A stretch of DNA of 61,269 nucleotides, the filler included, from Sphacelaria rigidula (lineage: Eukaryota): NCBI GenBank assembly GCA_964200075.2. It is 8 parts of 8 records of this genome, joined end to end, with 100 filler letters (N's around TTAATTAATTAA, not from the genome) between each part and the next. Parts side by side here need not be neighbours in the genome. Positions count along the whole stretch, not along the records: positions 1 to 7,572 come from CAXNAA020014287.1; positions 7,673 to 15,244 come from CAXNAA020014288.1; 6 more parts are not named here. The stretch is one strand, 5' to 3'. The position numbers were made by a program, and so were the translations under genes. This document shows, piece by piece, positions 1 through 10,601 of the stretch; the stretch's first letter is position 1; each line of letters opens with the position of its first letter. The notes beneath the pieces are model-generated. The model was not told the DNA's origin. It ran no database searches and worked only from the letters and a program-made list of their open reading frames with translations.

Positions 1-435
1 ATAGGGCCCCACACGATCTTTGCAGTGGCATCACACTCGACAACAATCCCTGCGCTGGTCGTTCGGGTCTGGTCGATGAATTTCACCTCGCTGTGATTGG
101 GCAGGTCGCTCGAAGATTTATTTCTTATTATTTAGTGAACACAGGGTCAACCCTGTGTTTAGTAGGGGTCCTGTCGAAAAAGGGTTAATCATAACCAATA
201 TATTTCAAGAAGAATATATTTTCACGCGTAGTATACTCTCACTATGTAAAATGTTGGCTGATGAAATGGTGACTGGAATTTTGGCTTGCATAACTGTAAG
301 GGCAAGACTTGATTTGTCAGTGGCACGCTTTCTACATGCTATTCTACTTATATGTTAACACTCCCCCTTTCCCACCCGGCCTCACGGCTGGCCCGCTGTC
401 CTGCTCTGTTCTGCTCTGTCCTGTACGCCGGATAG

Positions 436-1440
436 GTTTGGGCTCCTGAAGAACAGGTGATCAAACGAGCGGCGCATCGTGCGGCGGAGACGGGACGGAC
501 TATACCCCCGTCCGTCCTGCTGAACACCATCCGTACCGTGCCCGCCTCGGTGGAAAAGCTCGCTCCCCTCGCCGACTACTGTGTGACGATAGACAACGGT
601 ACGGAGAAATGGGGTTCTGATAGCGGCGATACAGCGTCGACGGCTTGGTCCGGTACTGACACCGACACCGAATCTGCAACGTCCGCGTCCCCTGGGACTA
701 GCGATGAATATTCTAGAAGTTCTGAGGGACTGCCTCGGGGAATATATGGAGACAGTTCCAGAGAACGGTCCATGGCGTATCGTGAGGAGGGGGGGCAGGA
801 GGATGAGCAGGAGCAGGAGCGGGCAGAAACGGAGGTGCCCTTTGCTAAGGGTGCCTGTGCCGGGAGCCGTACGCCACTGCTTGATGATATCACCAATCAC
901 GAAATCTCCGTTGACAGCAATGATCATGATTGTGGCGAATTTTCGGAATCATTGTCCACGATATCCGAGGACGAAGCGTGGAGTGGTGATCCTGCGGCGG
1001 ACGGGGCGGCGGTGTGGCGTGGCGCTTCCGGTGCGACAGCTATACCTCGTCCTCGCCCAGATCGTCGTGACCAAGGACAAACACATCGCGGTGAAGGGTT
1101 TGTACAGAGAGAAGGGGAGGCGATAGTGATGGAGGAGTGCGAGGGGGTCGTTGCGAGGACAGGAGGTGACACAATCCGATCCAATCAACATGATGGTCGA
1201 GGTACGAGGACGGAGGGAGGTAGACGACGTTCACATTGTGACCATGTAGATGGAGTGTGCATCCTTTTTGCAGATATGGGGGCGGTGGATCGCACCAAGA
1301 CGTCTTGGCCGACAGTAACGAAGCCCGGGTGTACCAGGGGTGTGGGAGAGTTACCATCCGGGTTCCCGGTGCTAGCCACACCTGGAGAAACGTGGGAAAC
1401 GTTTCGGGCAACGTTCTCCAATGCAGCGTTTGTTGGGTAG
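436..1440 (+). CDS. Terminal exon of a zeta-toxin-like P-loop kinase family protein (upstream exons not identified)
   Basis: Pyrimidine-rich tract then TAG acceptor at 433-435. The frame reads VWAPEEQVIKRAAHRAAETGRTIPPSVLLNTIRTVPASVEKLAPLADYCVTIDN, resembling the lid/C-terminal part of Zeta_toxin/AAA_33-type proteins (RxxxRxxxTGRxxP). A long low-complexity stretch follows, then PVLATPGETWETFRATF and a TAG stop at 1438-1440. Confidence 0.7.
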   Translation, partial: VWAPEEQVIKRAAHRAAETGRTIPPSVLLNTIRTVPASVEKLAPLADYCVTIDNGTEKWGSDSGDTASTAWSGTDTDTESATSASPGTSDEYSRSSEGLPRGIYGDSSRERSMAYREEGGQEDEQEQERAETEVPFAKGACAGSRTPLLDDITNHEISVDSNDHDCGEFSESLSTISEDEAWSGDPAADGAAVWRGASGATAIPRPRPDRRDQGQTHRGEGFVQREGEAIVMEECEGVVARTGGDTIRSNQHDGRGTRTEGGRRRSHCDHVDGVCILFADMGAVDRTKTSWPTVTKPGCTRGVGELPSGFPVLATPGETWETFRATFSNAAFVG

Positions 1441-3714
1441 GGTAGGTGGACTGAGTTGGGCGTTGTTATTTTGGCTGTCGAAATGGGGAACCCCAACTTG
1501 GAGGCGATGTTCCCTGCTTTCCCCGGTAAGGTGCCCAGATTGATTGCACAGGGGTACCCTGACTGAGTACATGGTGTGCCGATGTGTGGGGTAGGGATTG
1601 AGGGCAGTGGGTCCGAATCTCGCGGTGTAGACATCATGTGGTGGGTGACTTCGAGGTAGGTCGTTGGGGTTTGGTGTCGTCTCACACGACGCATATTAGT
1701 AGTGTTTCCTCAACTCCAGGTGCATGTAATTGTGAATTCTACCCCTTTTATATCCTTGGATTGATGAACACATTGGACAAAATATGACAGTAGTTGCAAT
1801 AGACAAAAATCGTACTGCATGAAGTACAGGATTATTGCGACTAATGTCGGCCGGCACAAGTTGTAATAGGCCTATACTTGATGCAGTACACATCTCGTCT
1901 GTTGCATCTATTGACCATATACTGTCCAAGGTGTGGATTGGTTTGACATGTATCATGTGCCGAATGTTGGTGGGCACTTGAGTTGCACGCGTAGTTCATG
2001 TAGCGTTTTGGCAGCGAGTCCCCCCCCCCTCCTCCCTACCCCTTTTTTAGAATGAAGGAACATTTGCACCTGCGTGCTTGAGTACTCCCGACATATGTGT
2101 GGTCGTGGACTGGCGTGTTTTAGCCTGAAAGGCGCCTTGTGTAGTTCGCGGATGATTTTGAGTTTGTGTATGTGTGTTACGTGTTCGAGACCACCTCGCG
2201 TACTGTGGATCTGCATGCTGCGCAGCGCGCCGCGCCGCAGCGCAGCACTTGCCATCTGATACGTGTGTGTTTGAGTGCTGTAGTAGCATTAGGGAGAACG
2301 TCGTGTTTGGTTCCAAGGTACTGGATTGTCCTTGCGGTTGGGATATAGGATCCGTGTGGCGTTGTGTGTAGCGAACCCGTGTGATGGCCGCACGGAACTG
2401 GAGTGCATTTACGTACATTTACGGTCGAAGGTTACTCTCGGCGGCAGTCTCAAAGTGAAAGTGGCGAGTAGTGTAGCATAATGGTTTTTACTGGTTCTCC
2501 TAGAACGTGGTCGTCCATGCATGTGTTCTCTCCGCGTTTTGGCGCCTGTTTTTTTCTTGTTTCACATCACAGCATTGCGTTGGATGGATGCCAGCTGGCT
2601 TTTGTGTCAATCACTGTGGTTTGCTGTACTCTGTGCGTGCTTCGTTCGCTCTCAAGTGGGCGGGGGGGCTGAACAGACGTGACCCATGACGTACAACCGA
2701 ATCGCTGTCGTTCTGGGTGCCTCCGACGTGTTTTGTTTTGTTGTGGTTGAAGAGGTAGTGCCGTGTTTTGTGCGTATAGTCTGCTGCCACAGCAAGAAAA
2801 GCTCGTGGTCTATTGATGCTTTCATTTTTTTTTTTCAAGAGGAATACCATTCTAGTGTGTACCGCCTGATGCAGTACGCAGATGGATATCGATGACTTCA
2901 TTTTTTTTCTTCTTCAAGAAGCACTTTTCTAGTGTGTACCGTCTCATGCGGTACGCATAGGGAAGACTGTAAGGTGGTGACCCGTAATTCGGGCAATTCT
3001 TGTGTTGTGTAACTGTGTGCCCGCCCATTTACTTGAAACAAAAACTTTTGTCTTATTTTCATTATCTTGATGCACAACTTGATGTTTTGCACGTGTCTTG
3101 AACAAAACAAACGTATGTGTTGCTGTGCGCGAGTTGCGTTTGCGTCCACTGGTGTGGCGCGACGTGAGATGTGAAAGCATGGCCATCTTCTAACAGGAGG
3201 TATACGGCGGTGATATGTGCACAGTGCACCCCAGAGGTATTTAAGCCTGACGGAGTAAGGGCATATTTTCTTTTTTTCTTGTGTGTTGAGAAATGGGATC
3301 GTAGAAGTTAGTTGGGAGACTTTTATTCCTACTCGCAGCCGGAAGAAGCGTGGCAAAATATGTGTTTTATGTGTATGTAGCCAGGCAGGCGCGAAGATTT
3401 TAGAGTTGCGTATGATGTGGTATGAATGCTCTCAATATGTTGTGTCATGAAGTATAAACAGTATATTCGCCACCGCCCTGTGGTATCACCGGGGTAATCA
3501 AAACATACCCTGGACAATGGATTCCATTGTCAAAAAGTGAAGAGCGTAGAGTATTGATTATTGGGTCTATTGCAATGGGCAATAGATGTTATACTGTGCG
3601 CAGTACATTTTGTGAGAATGGAATCTGTTGTCCAGGGTGTGAATTGAAACCATTTCTGCTGCGTTCCGGTATTCTACATTGAAAAATGGTACATCTTACA
3701 CCATTTGGCTGAAA

Positions 3715-3965
3715 AAATGCGGTTCCGATTCACGCAAGATAAGATGAGTCTGGTTTGACTTTTTTTTATTTCTCTCCAAAGTACGTCAGGGCGTACGTGA
3801 GTTCCGTTGTTGACGTACGTGAGTAGTAGAAAGCATCTTGCTTGATTGAGTTTTGCTGAGACGACAGTCGACGCCATGCGGGAGTGCTGGCCAAGCCAGT
3901 CCGCGATGCCGAAACGTAAAATTTATGGGGGAGTTGAGATGGGTTGATCTCCTGAGACCAGAGTT
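3715..3965 (+). mobile_element. Degenerate copy of SINE-like family 2
   Basis: Shares GACGCCATGCGGGAGTGCTG...GGGTTGATCTCCTGAGACCA with the copies at 38040-38258 and 41590-41846. Boundaries are approximate. Confidence 0.5.
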
Positions 3966-4839
3966 CTCCCAGGAACGGGAGGGGGAGGGGGGGGGGGGAA
4001 GGTGCGCGCTAATTCGATGAAAGGTTGGGGGCGGAAGATTACGGTCAGAATCCCCTGACGAGTGTCTTATTTCGTCTCTAAAACTTTGAAAACACGGGGG
4101 CGTGAGTAGCGAAGACAAAATATCTGCCGACTATGACCCTAAAGTGGAAGGTGTGTACAGGGGAAAATATGGGTTGATCGGTCGAAGCAAAATTAGGGGC
4201 TCGTCCCAAGAAAGGAGGAGAGGGGTTTGAGAGTGTGGCGATATATATTTGTGAATAATCATTCGTTATGTTCATGACAGCGGGCTTCATTTTTCATTTG
4301 TGGGCGTCCGTGTAAAACGAGGAGACGTTTTTTCATAGCACAGGGCGGGAAGAAGTGTGGTGGAAGAATTTCTGCCTGTACAGGTGAGCGTGTTTTTGTA
4401 CAATCGAAGAGAGAGAACTTAACCTGCAGTTTTTCAGTGTGTTTCATTCAGGTGGTGGTTGTGTATCGTCGTCTTTGTCACGAGTGGGGTGCACAAGCTG
4501 CTGACTCCGCCAAAGTCTTTGCGGACCTCAACTGTAAGAAGTGGTTGTATGCGTTGACGATGAGTGACGGAAATTTCGAATTGATTGTAGCAAAGTAGTA
4601 CTGCGGGCAGCGAGAGTCAGGCGCCGCGTATCGGCGCCACAAGCAAAAGTTGGGGTTCCAGAAACGGCAAACCCGCACGGGTCCAAATAGTGATCCTGGA
4701 TTCGACATGCAGGAAGTACAGAGAAGGTTCTCATCAAACTGAAGAGACAAGAGCTGCCCCTTCAAACGAAGAGTGAAAATGTTGATCTTCGCAGGTGGCT
4801 TGTGAGGCCATGCTGTCACGGCGACGACACATGCATCTA

Positions 4840-5319
4840 GTGTTGTCGTCCCTTCTATTCGGGACGCCGGTCTACACCGTTTGGTATATATGTGGGCGCG
4901 CCAGGCGGGGGTCACACGGAATCACGTTCTCGTGAGATTGAGAGTAGAGCGCGGATTGAGAGTGGCTTTGATCATTCGCTTCAACTTGGCCATTTTTTCA
5001 TTCCGTGTGTGCTTTTCTTTGCCTCCATCACTGCCGTGCGCTTACAGCTACCCGTCGATATATCCTACTCAGGGATATCAAGGGTCTCAGTGGCAAGCCA
5101 CTACAGACAGCGTGTTGGGCGTCGTGGAGGGGCATATCGGAACTGAAACGATTCATTCACCAATTGACCGTTTTTCACTATCAATCGTATCTTCTACTCT
5201 TAATCTCACGAAAATATTATCACAGGAGGAAGCTCAACACAAGAGTTTTTTCTTCTTGTTTGTTTTTAGTACTCCACCTTCCTTTTGCGATGCTTGCCTT
5301 TATTTTTTTATCTCGAGAG
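4840..5319 (-). mobile_element. SINE family 1 copy (3' part), interrupted by a MITE
   Basis: 4840-4920 and 5220-5319 are the reverse complement of consecutive parts of the SINE at 11991-12354. Confidence 0.8.
4922..5219. mobile_element. ~300-bp MITE (family A) nested in a SINE
   Basis: Terminal inverted repeats TCACGTTCTCGTGAGATTGAGAGTAGA and TCTACTCTTAATCTCACGAAAATATTA. Degenerate ~8-bp duplication of the host SINE sequence on the flanks (ACACGGAA / TCACAGGA). A second, inverted copy lies at ~16486-16776. Confidence 0.75.
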
Positions 5320-5734
5320 TAGTGACGGGAAACTGAGTCAGGCCCGCGGTGGGCGTTGTGTGGGCGTCACATATGGACACCCTTCTCTTTCTTTTCAGCG
5401 TGATGACGGTGATGATGGACACTCCCTCCCTTGTTCATTTTTTTTTCACACCTTGTCTACAAAAAGATCGTCCTTCTCGAAGGGAATCCGTATAGTCTCA
5501 AGAGATCAGTTATCTGTCTCTGTCTCTGTTTCACTCACTCACTATCTCTCGGGACAGTACCTGCCCGTTACAGCGATCGAACATTGATTGAATCATGACC
5601 ATTTTATCAGCTCTACCGCAGTCTGCTGGGGACTCTCGATGAATTCTTGTCGCTACTCGCGTCCTCACGCTTCCATCGAGAGCAAATAATATGTTCGCAA
5701 GAAGACTACCGTCGCAAAAGTTTTTTTGTTCGGA

Positions 5735-6087
5735 ACGGAGGGTTTTTCGTGAAATACGTCAGGACTGTGAAGTAAGCGTCACTAGGGGTGAGGCAGTAGA
5801 GTTACGGGTCTTGAAGAAGAACGTTGTCGTACCTGCTGCCGAAGAATTTCCAGAGTGAGGCGTAATTCTCTTTCTTGTCATTTGGGCAAGGATGCGGCCG
5901 TGACCAACGACGGAGGGTTTTTCGTGAAATACGTCAGGACTGTGAAGTAAGCGTCACTAGGGGTGAGGCAGTAGAGTTACGGGTCTCGAAGAAGAACGTT
6001 GTCGTACCTGCTGCCGAAGAATCTCCAGAGCGAGGCGTAATTCTCTTTATTATTGTCATTTGGGCAAGGATGCGGCCGTGACCAACG
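5735..6087 (+). repeat. Tandem duplication, 2 x ~175 bp
   Basis: ACGGAGGGTTTTTCGTGAAATACG...GCGGCCGTGACCAACG occurs at 5735-5909 and 5910-6087, differing by a few substitutions and a 3-nt indel. Confidence 0.95.
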
Positions 6088-6104
6088 GTAGGCAAGGAGA
6101 AGAA

Positions 6105-6397
6105 CACGGGTGGCCACTGGGGTCTGTAACCTGGTCATTTTGGGACCTTATCCACCTTTGGCAAGGTCCGCGGGTTGGGTAGACAACTGAGGCGTATTTG
6201 CACAGCATGGACAGGTTTGGAACAAAACATGTCCCAGTTTATAGGCGGGTGACTCCCCTGTAGACTGGAACATGCTTTGTTCCAAACCTGTCCATGCTGT
6301 GCGAATGCTCTTCAGTTGTCTACCCAACCCGCGGACCTTGCCAAAGGTGGATAAGGTCCCCAAATGGTCAGGTTACAGACCCCAGTGGCCACCCGTG
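6105..6397. mobile_element. Foldback (near-palindromic) element, ~293 bp
   Basis: CACGGGTGGCCACTGGGGTCTGTAACCTG... at the left end pairs with ...CAGGTTACAGACCCCAGTGGCCACCCGTG at the right end. Complementarity runs about 140 bp per arm, leaving a very short loop. Confidence 0.85.
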
Positions 6398-7572
6398 AAG
6401 TGAACGAGGTGGTACGGTAGTACCATCTACGTCCCACCAGGTTTTATGCAGTGACCCCATTGTTATGGGCTCTTGTACCGGAGACCCGGTTTGCCTAGGT
6501 TGCCGAAGATCCAGTTTTACAGGTTTGAACGTTTCGGGTCCGCTCGTTTGTGTCACTGGCAGACCCCGTTCCTGAGACAATCTCTCCGGCTGACATACAT
6601 GTGTATTTGGATGTCCATATATCTATATGCGGTCTCCATATCACCCCCCCTTTTGATGCGCCTCAAGTCTTTCTATTCGAGGGACTGAGGCGATCACTGA
6701 TGAAGAGAATGATAACGACGTGGATTCCTGATTGATTGCATGTGTGCTATGATACCAGTATACTGGCCTGTGTGAGAACGTTTCATATCCCCCATACTGT
6801 CGTGTTGAGTATACACAAGACGGTAATTGTTATCGAGGTTTGCATCTAGTTTCACGTAATCAGCGTACTTGTGTCGGCGGTTGGTGACTTGGTCACCTGA
6901 TCGCGGCATCTGTGAAATCTGCGTGATCAATACAGATTCTGGTGCCCCCATAGAAAAGGCTCGATTCTGTGTTGGGGAAGAATCGATGTTTTGTGCAGAA
7001 GCGGGAAGAATTTTCCCAGATGTTTATAGTGGTTGCAGTATCTAGAAGCCATTTCAGAACACATTGACATGCAAGATTACCTGTGTGATGAACCCAGTGA
7101 GTCAGTTCAGTGTGGGAGAAGCAGTGAGGCACAAGGACAGGTGCATCCACGATGAAGTGATAATAATGGTGTCTGGGTTGAAGTCGAGGTTTATGAGATC
7201 CGGGAGACGGGTGTGGTGCGACCATCAGTTGGTGACAGCATCGCGAATCGATGTTGTCTTGAGATTTCCAATTCATCTCAGCCCCCTACCGACACGAACA
7301 CAGTGCAACAGTGCAGGCGGACACAGCTCAACACTATTGTTTCGACAACTCTTCCCCTGAGATTCCTACGCCATCTTTGAGGTCACTGACTCTGGGTTGA
7401 ATTGAACGACTTTTGGACAACGTGGGCAGCCGCGTCGATCGGACCGAGACTAAACTGGACGATACCAATGCAGGTGTAGAAAGCTTGGCGATGCAGTGAT
7501 GCAGCTCGCAAACATTGCGGCAGTTCGTCTGGTGAAGGACGTGTTGAACCGAGGAGTGTTGAACCGACTGGC

Positions 7573-7672
7573 NNNNNNNNNNNNNNNNNNNNNNNNNNNN
7601 NNNNNNNNNNNNNNNNTTAATTAATTAANNNNNNNNNNNNNNNNNNNNNNNNNNNNNNNNNNNNNNNNNNNN
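7573..7672. other. Artificial contig spacer
   Basis: N44-TTAATTAATTAA-N44, exactly 100 nt. Confidence 0.99.
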
Positions 7673-7710
7673 CGGAAATATATAGCTACAGGCCTCTCGA
7701 CAGTGGAAGG

Positions 7711-7847
7711 AGACATTGAGAGAAAACAAAAAAAAAAAGGGGGGAAAAACGGGAGAGAAGGAGGAAAAAAAAGAAAAAGAAAAAAAAAGAAAAAAAAAAA
7801 AAAGGGAAAAAAAAAAAAAAGAAAGGAAACAAAGAAAGAGAAAGAAG

Positions 7848-7938
<91 letters not shown>
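7711..7938 (+). repeat. Poly(A)-rich tract followed by (GA)n microsatellite
   Basis: Directly visible near the start of contig 2. Confidence 0.9.
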
Positions 7939-7939
<1 letters not shown>

Positions 7940-9008
7940 AAATGAAAGGGAAAAGGAAACGAACGAAACGAACGACAAAAAGATACGAATAGCCGGTCCC
8001 GGCGAAAATAATTAAATGATCGCACAAAGAAACGTAAAGAAACTGTGGGTGCGGTATCAGAGATGGATATCATATCCCAGAGGATGATCCAAGATGGATA
8101 TCCATGTCCCAGAGGCACGTTGTATGACCCTGTGGATGTGCTATCCTGGTTTCGATTGACGTGATGGAAAGCATACATAACACTTCCCACTCCCCCTGTC
8201 CCTTCTTCTCGGGATGATATCCGCGATCAGGTCCCATACACCCCGTCTCTGAACCCGTTCATTGCTCTCCCGGAGCTTAGAGACGAAGAGGACGTCACGG
8301 ACATCCGCGACGAGTACCAGGCCGATCTTGTTCAGCTTGTTGGGGAACTGAGTTCGTCCTGCGGGCGAGGGTGAGCGAAGAATCTTGCGTTGAGGCTGTG
8401 GAGGGTGGTACGGTATGTGTCCGCTTTGAGGAGGGGGCTGCATCGTCTGGTAGTCTCTATCTCGATATCATACGAGCTCGCTGACGCTCATCACCCCGAA
8501 TACGTTCATCAGGGAATTAATTTGTTTTTACAATGCCTATCAAATAGTCGCATACATCGTTTTGTACTGAACGCCGAGGACAAATGAAGTGGGTGATATG
8601 GTCGGGTATTTGTGTATGACCTTCGCGGTGGCGCTAAGGCCGAAAAGGTGCCCAGACCAATCAGCGGCCTCGGCATTGTTCTGACCTTAATAAGACGGAT
8701 TCCGGACACAATTCCCCCCCAATTCCCATATGCTACAAATAGGCGTAGCCGCCATCAGCTCAGGAGTCTAACGGAAAAATGAAGATCTGAAAGCAGATAC
8801 GATGTTATAGGTTTGTACCCAAAGCCGATTTGTTCTGGTGGCGTAGGGTTCTGGCGTCGTTGAATATTTAATGATCGCACCAAATAACTACAAAACATCC
8901 GTCGCACAAGAGCTCAGACCTCCATCGAACTTGGCAGTTGAATGAGGACTAGTGCTCCAAATAAAAACATTTTTTGTTGGAACATGTTCGACACTTTCTC
9001 TGCTTGCC

Positions 9009-9052
9009 ACCGGCTTCCGGGGGTCTTCACACCTGGACCCCCGGAAGCCGGT
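9009..9052. other. Perfect 17-bp GC-rich stem-loop
   Basis: ACCGGCTTCCGGGGGTC, a 10-nt loop, then GACCCCCGGAAGCCGGT. Confidence 0.9.
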
Positions 9053-9854
9053 ACAGAGTGCCTCACAACGACAAAGAAAACATAATCGACTCAGGGTAGC
9101 CCAAGGAATATTTGGACTTTGTTTTACCGCATAGCCTGAAAAACTGATGCAATGGGATCGGATTCGCTTGCACAACGTACCCGAAAAAGTCATTTCCACC
9201 CTAAAATAAAGTACTTTAGAGTTTTACTACTCAAGCTCGTTTGTTCGCAAAACATACGGGGCAAAACGTCACGCCGATCCTTGGCTATTGACTCGAAACT
9301 TTCCGTGGATGAGGTTTATTTTTTCCTTATTTCACGAGTTTCGGGCGTCCCAGAAGGACATGTGACCCGCCAGGAACCTGGGACCTCCGATAACTGACGG
9401 GGGAAAAAATCGAGACCCCCGTCCATCGAAAGCTCAGTCATACCCCATAGTACATGTGCGCAAGTTTTTGCAGAGTCTACCTCCAAAAACGGCACGCATC
9501 TCCGCGGATTAATGAATTGGGGGTGATGGGTGAAACTAGTCTGCATTCATCGAACGTATTCGGTTGAGATATAGTATCCATCTGGGATAGGGATGTCCAT
9601 CCGCGTATCCACGATGAGATATCCACTTCGAATGTAGGTATCCATCTGAGAAGTCCATTCAGAAAATGTGTTTCCATCTGGAATACGGACGTGTATCTGG
9701 CATGTCCATTCGAGGTGTCCCATCGAGATATCTCAGGGATCGATATCCTTTACAGTAGATGAATATCGAAGGTGAATATGCATATTCCGAATAAAATGTT
9801 TCTCGGGATACAAGACGGCGTACTGTAGGGAGGGCACGTATTCCCATATGCTTT

Positions 9855-10114
9855 CGAGGGTCGGACGAATCGATGATTCGTCTGGAGATTACTTAATTTT
9901 AGTGTGATTGATTCGTGCCGTACGAATCAATCCTTCGGCTTTGTTTTCAGTGTCGAAACACAGGTACGCGCAGCCCGGGCACGTGGCGTGGCGCAAAAAT
10001 TGCGTGGAGACCTTTTCGACCAGCGGTCAACTTTTTTTTCTGTCTTTCGAGCAACCAGGCCTGAAAAATCGTGGATTTGGTCATTCAAACCGGCGATGAT
10101 TCGTCCGATCCGTG
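9855..10114 (+). mobile_element. hAT-type MITE (family B), ~260 bp
   Basis: Imperfect TIRs CGAGGGTCGGACGAATC and GATTCGTCCGATCCGTG. 8-bp TSD TATGCTTT / CATGCTTT. Six further copies occur in the window. Confidence 0.85.
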
Positions 10115-10601
10115 CATGCTTTACCTGAGTTTCCAGTGTATATCTGGGTACCGAGCCCCTCCTGGTGTGGATACCTGGGATGCTGACTACGTCAGGTACC
10201 AAGTATATCGACGGGAACATATACCTGAGCATTCCAGAGCACCTAAGAATACTTGCCCCCCGCCGGTATCCCAGCCTAACCTTGGCATGTTGGCACACCT
10301 GCCTCAGGCGTACGGGAAGAGCTCTTTCTCGTACATGGCGTTGCACTCGCACGAGTGGTGAGGGATGTGCAATGATCTTCGGGGTTCTCTCACGGCAGGT
10401 TCACAAACCATGTTGCAGTGCCATCGTTGTCGCACACTGTGTCGAACGCAAGCTAGCGTCCCCGGCGAATCGAACAGAGCCGCCGGAAAGAGACACGCAC
10501 ACGCGTACTAGGATACAGCACGCGACAAACGAAGCAAGGAAACGAAAATAACCCAAAACGCTGCCGATGAAGTAAGACAGAACACCTGCACGAATCGTTT
10601 T

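Noticed and set aside
7617..7628. TTAATTAATTAA repeated every ~7.67 kb as a biological periodic motif
   Set aside because: Always centred in N44...N44. It is a synthetic six-frame-stop linker.
7621..8190. Lys/Arg/Glu-rich or Phe-rich ORFs
   Set aside because: They are translations of poly(A) and (GA)n tracts.
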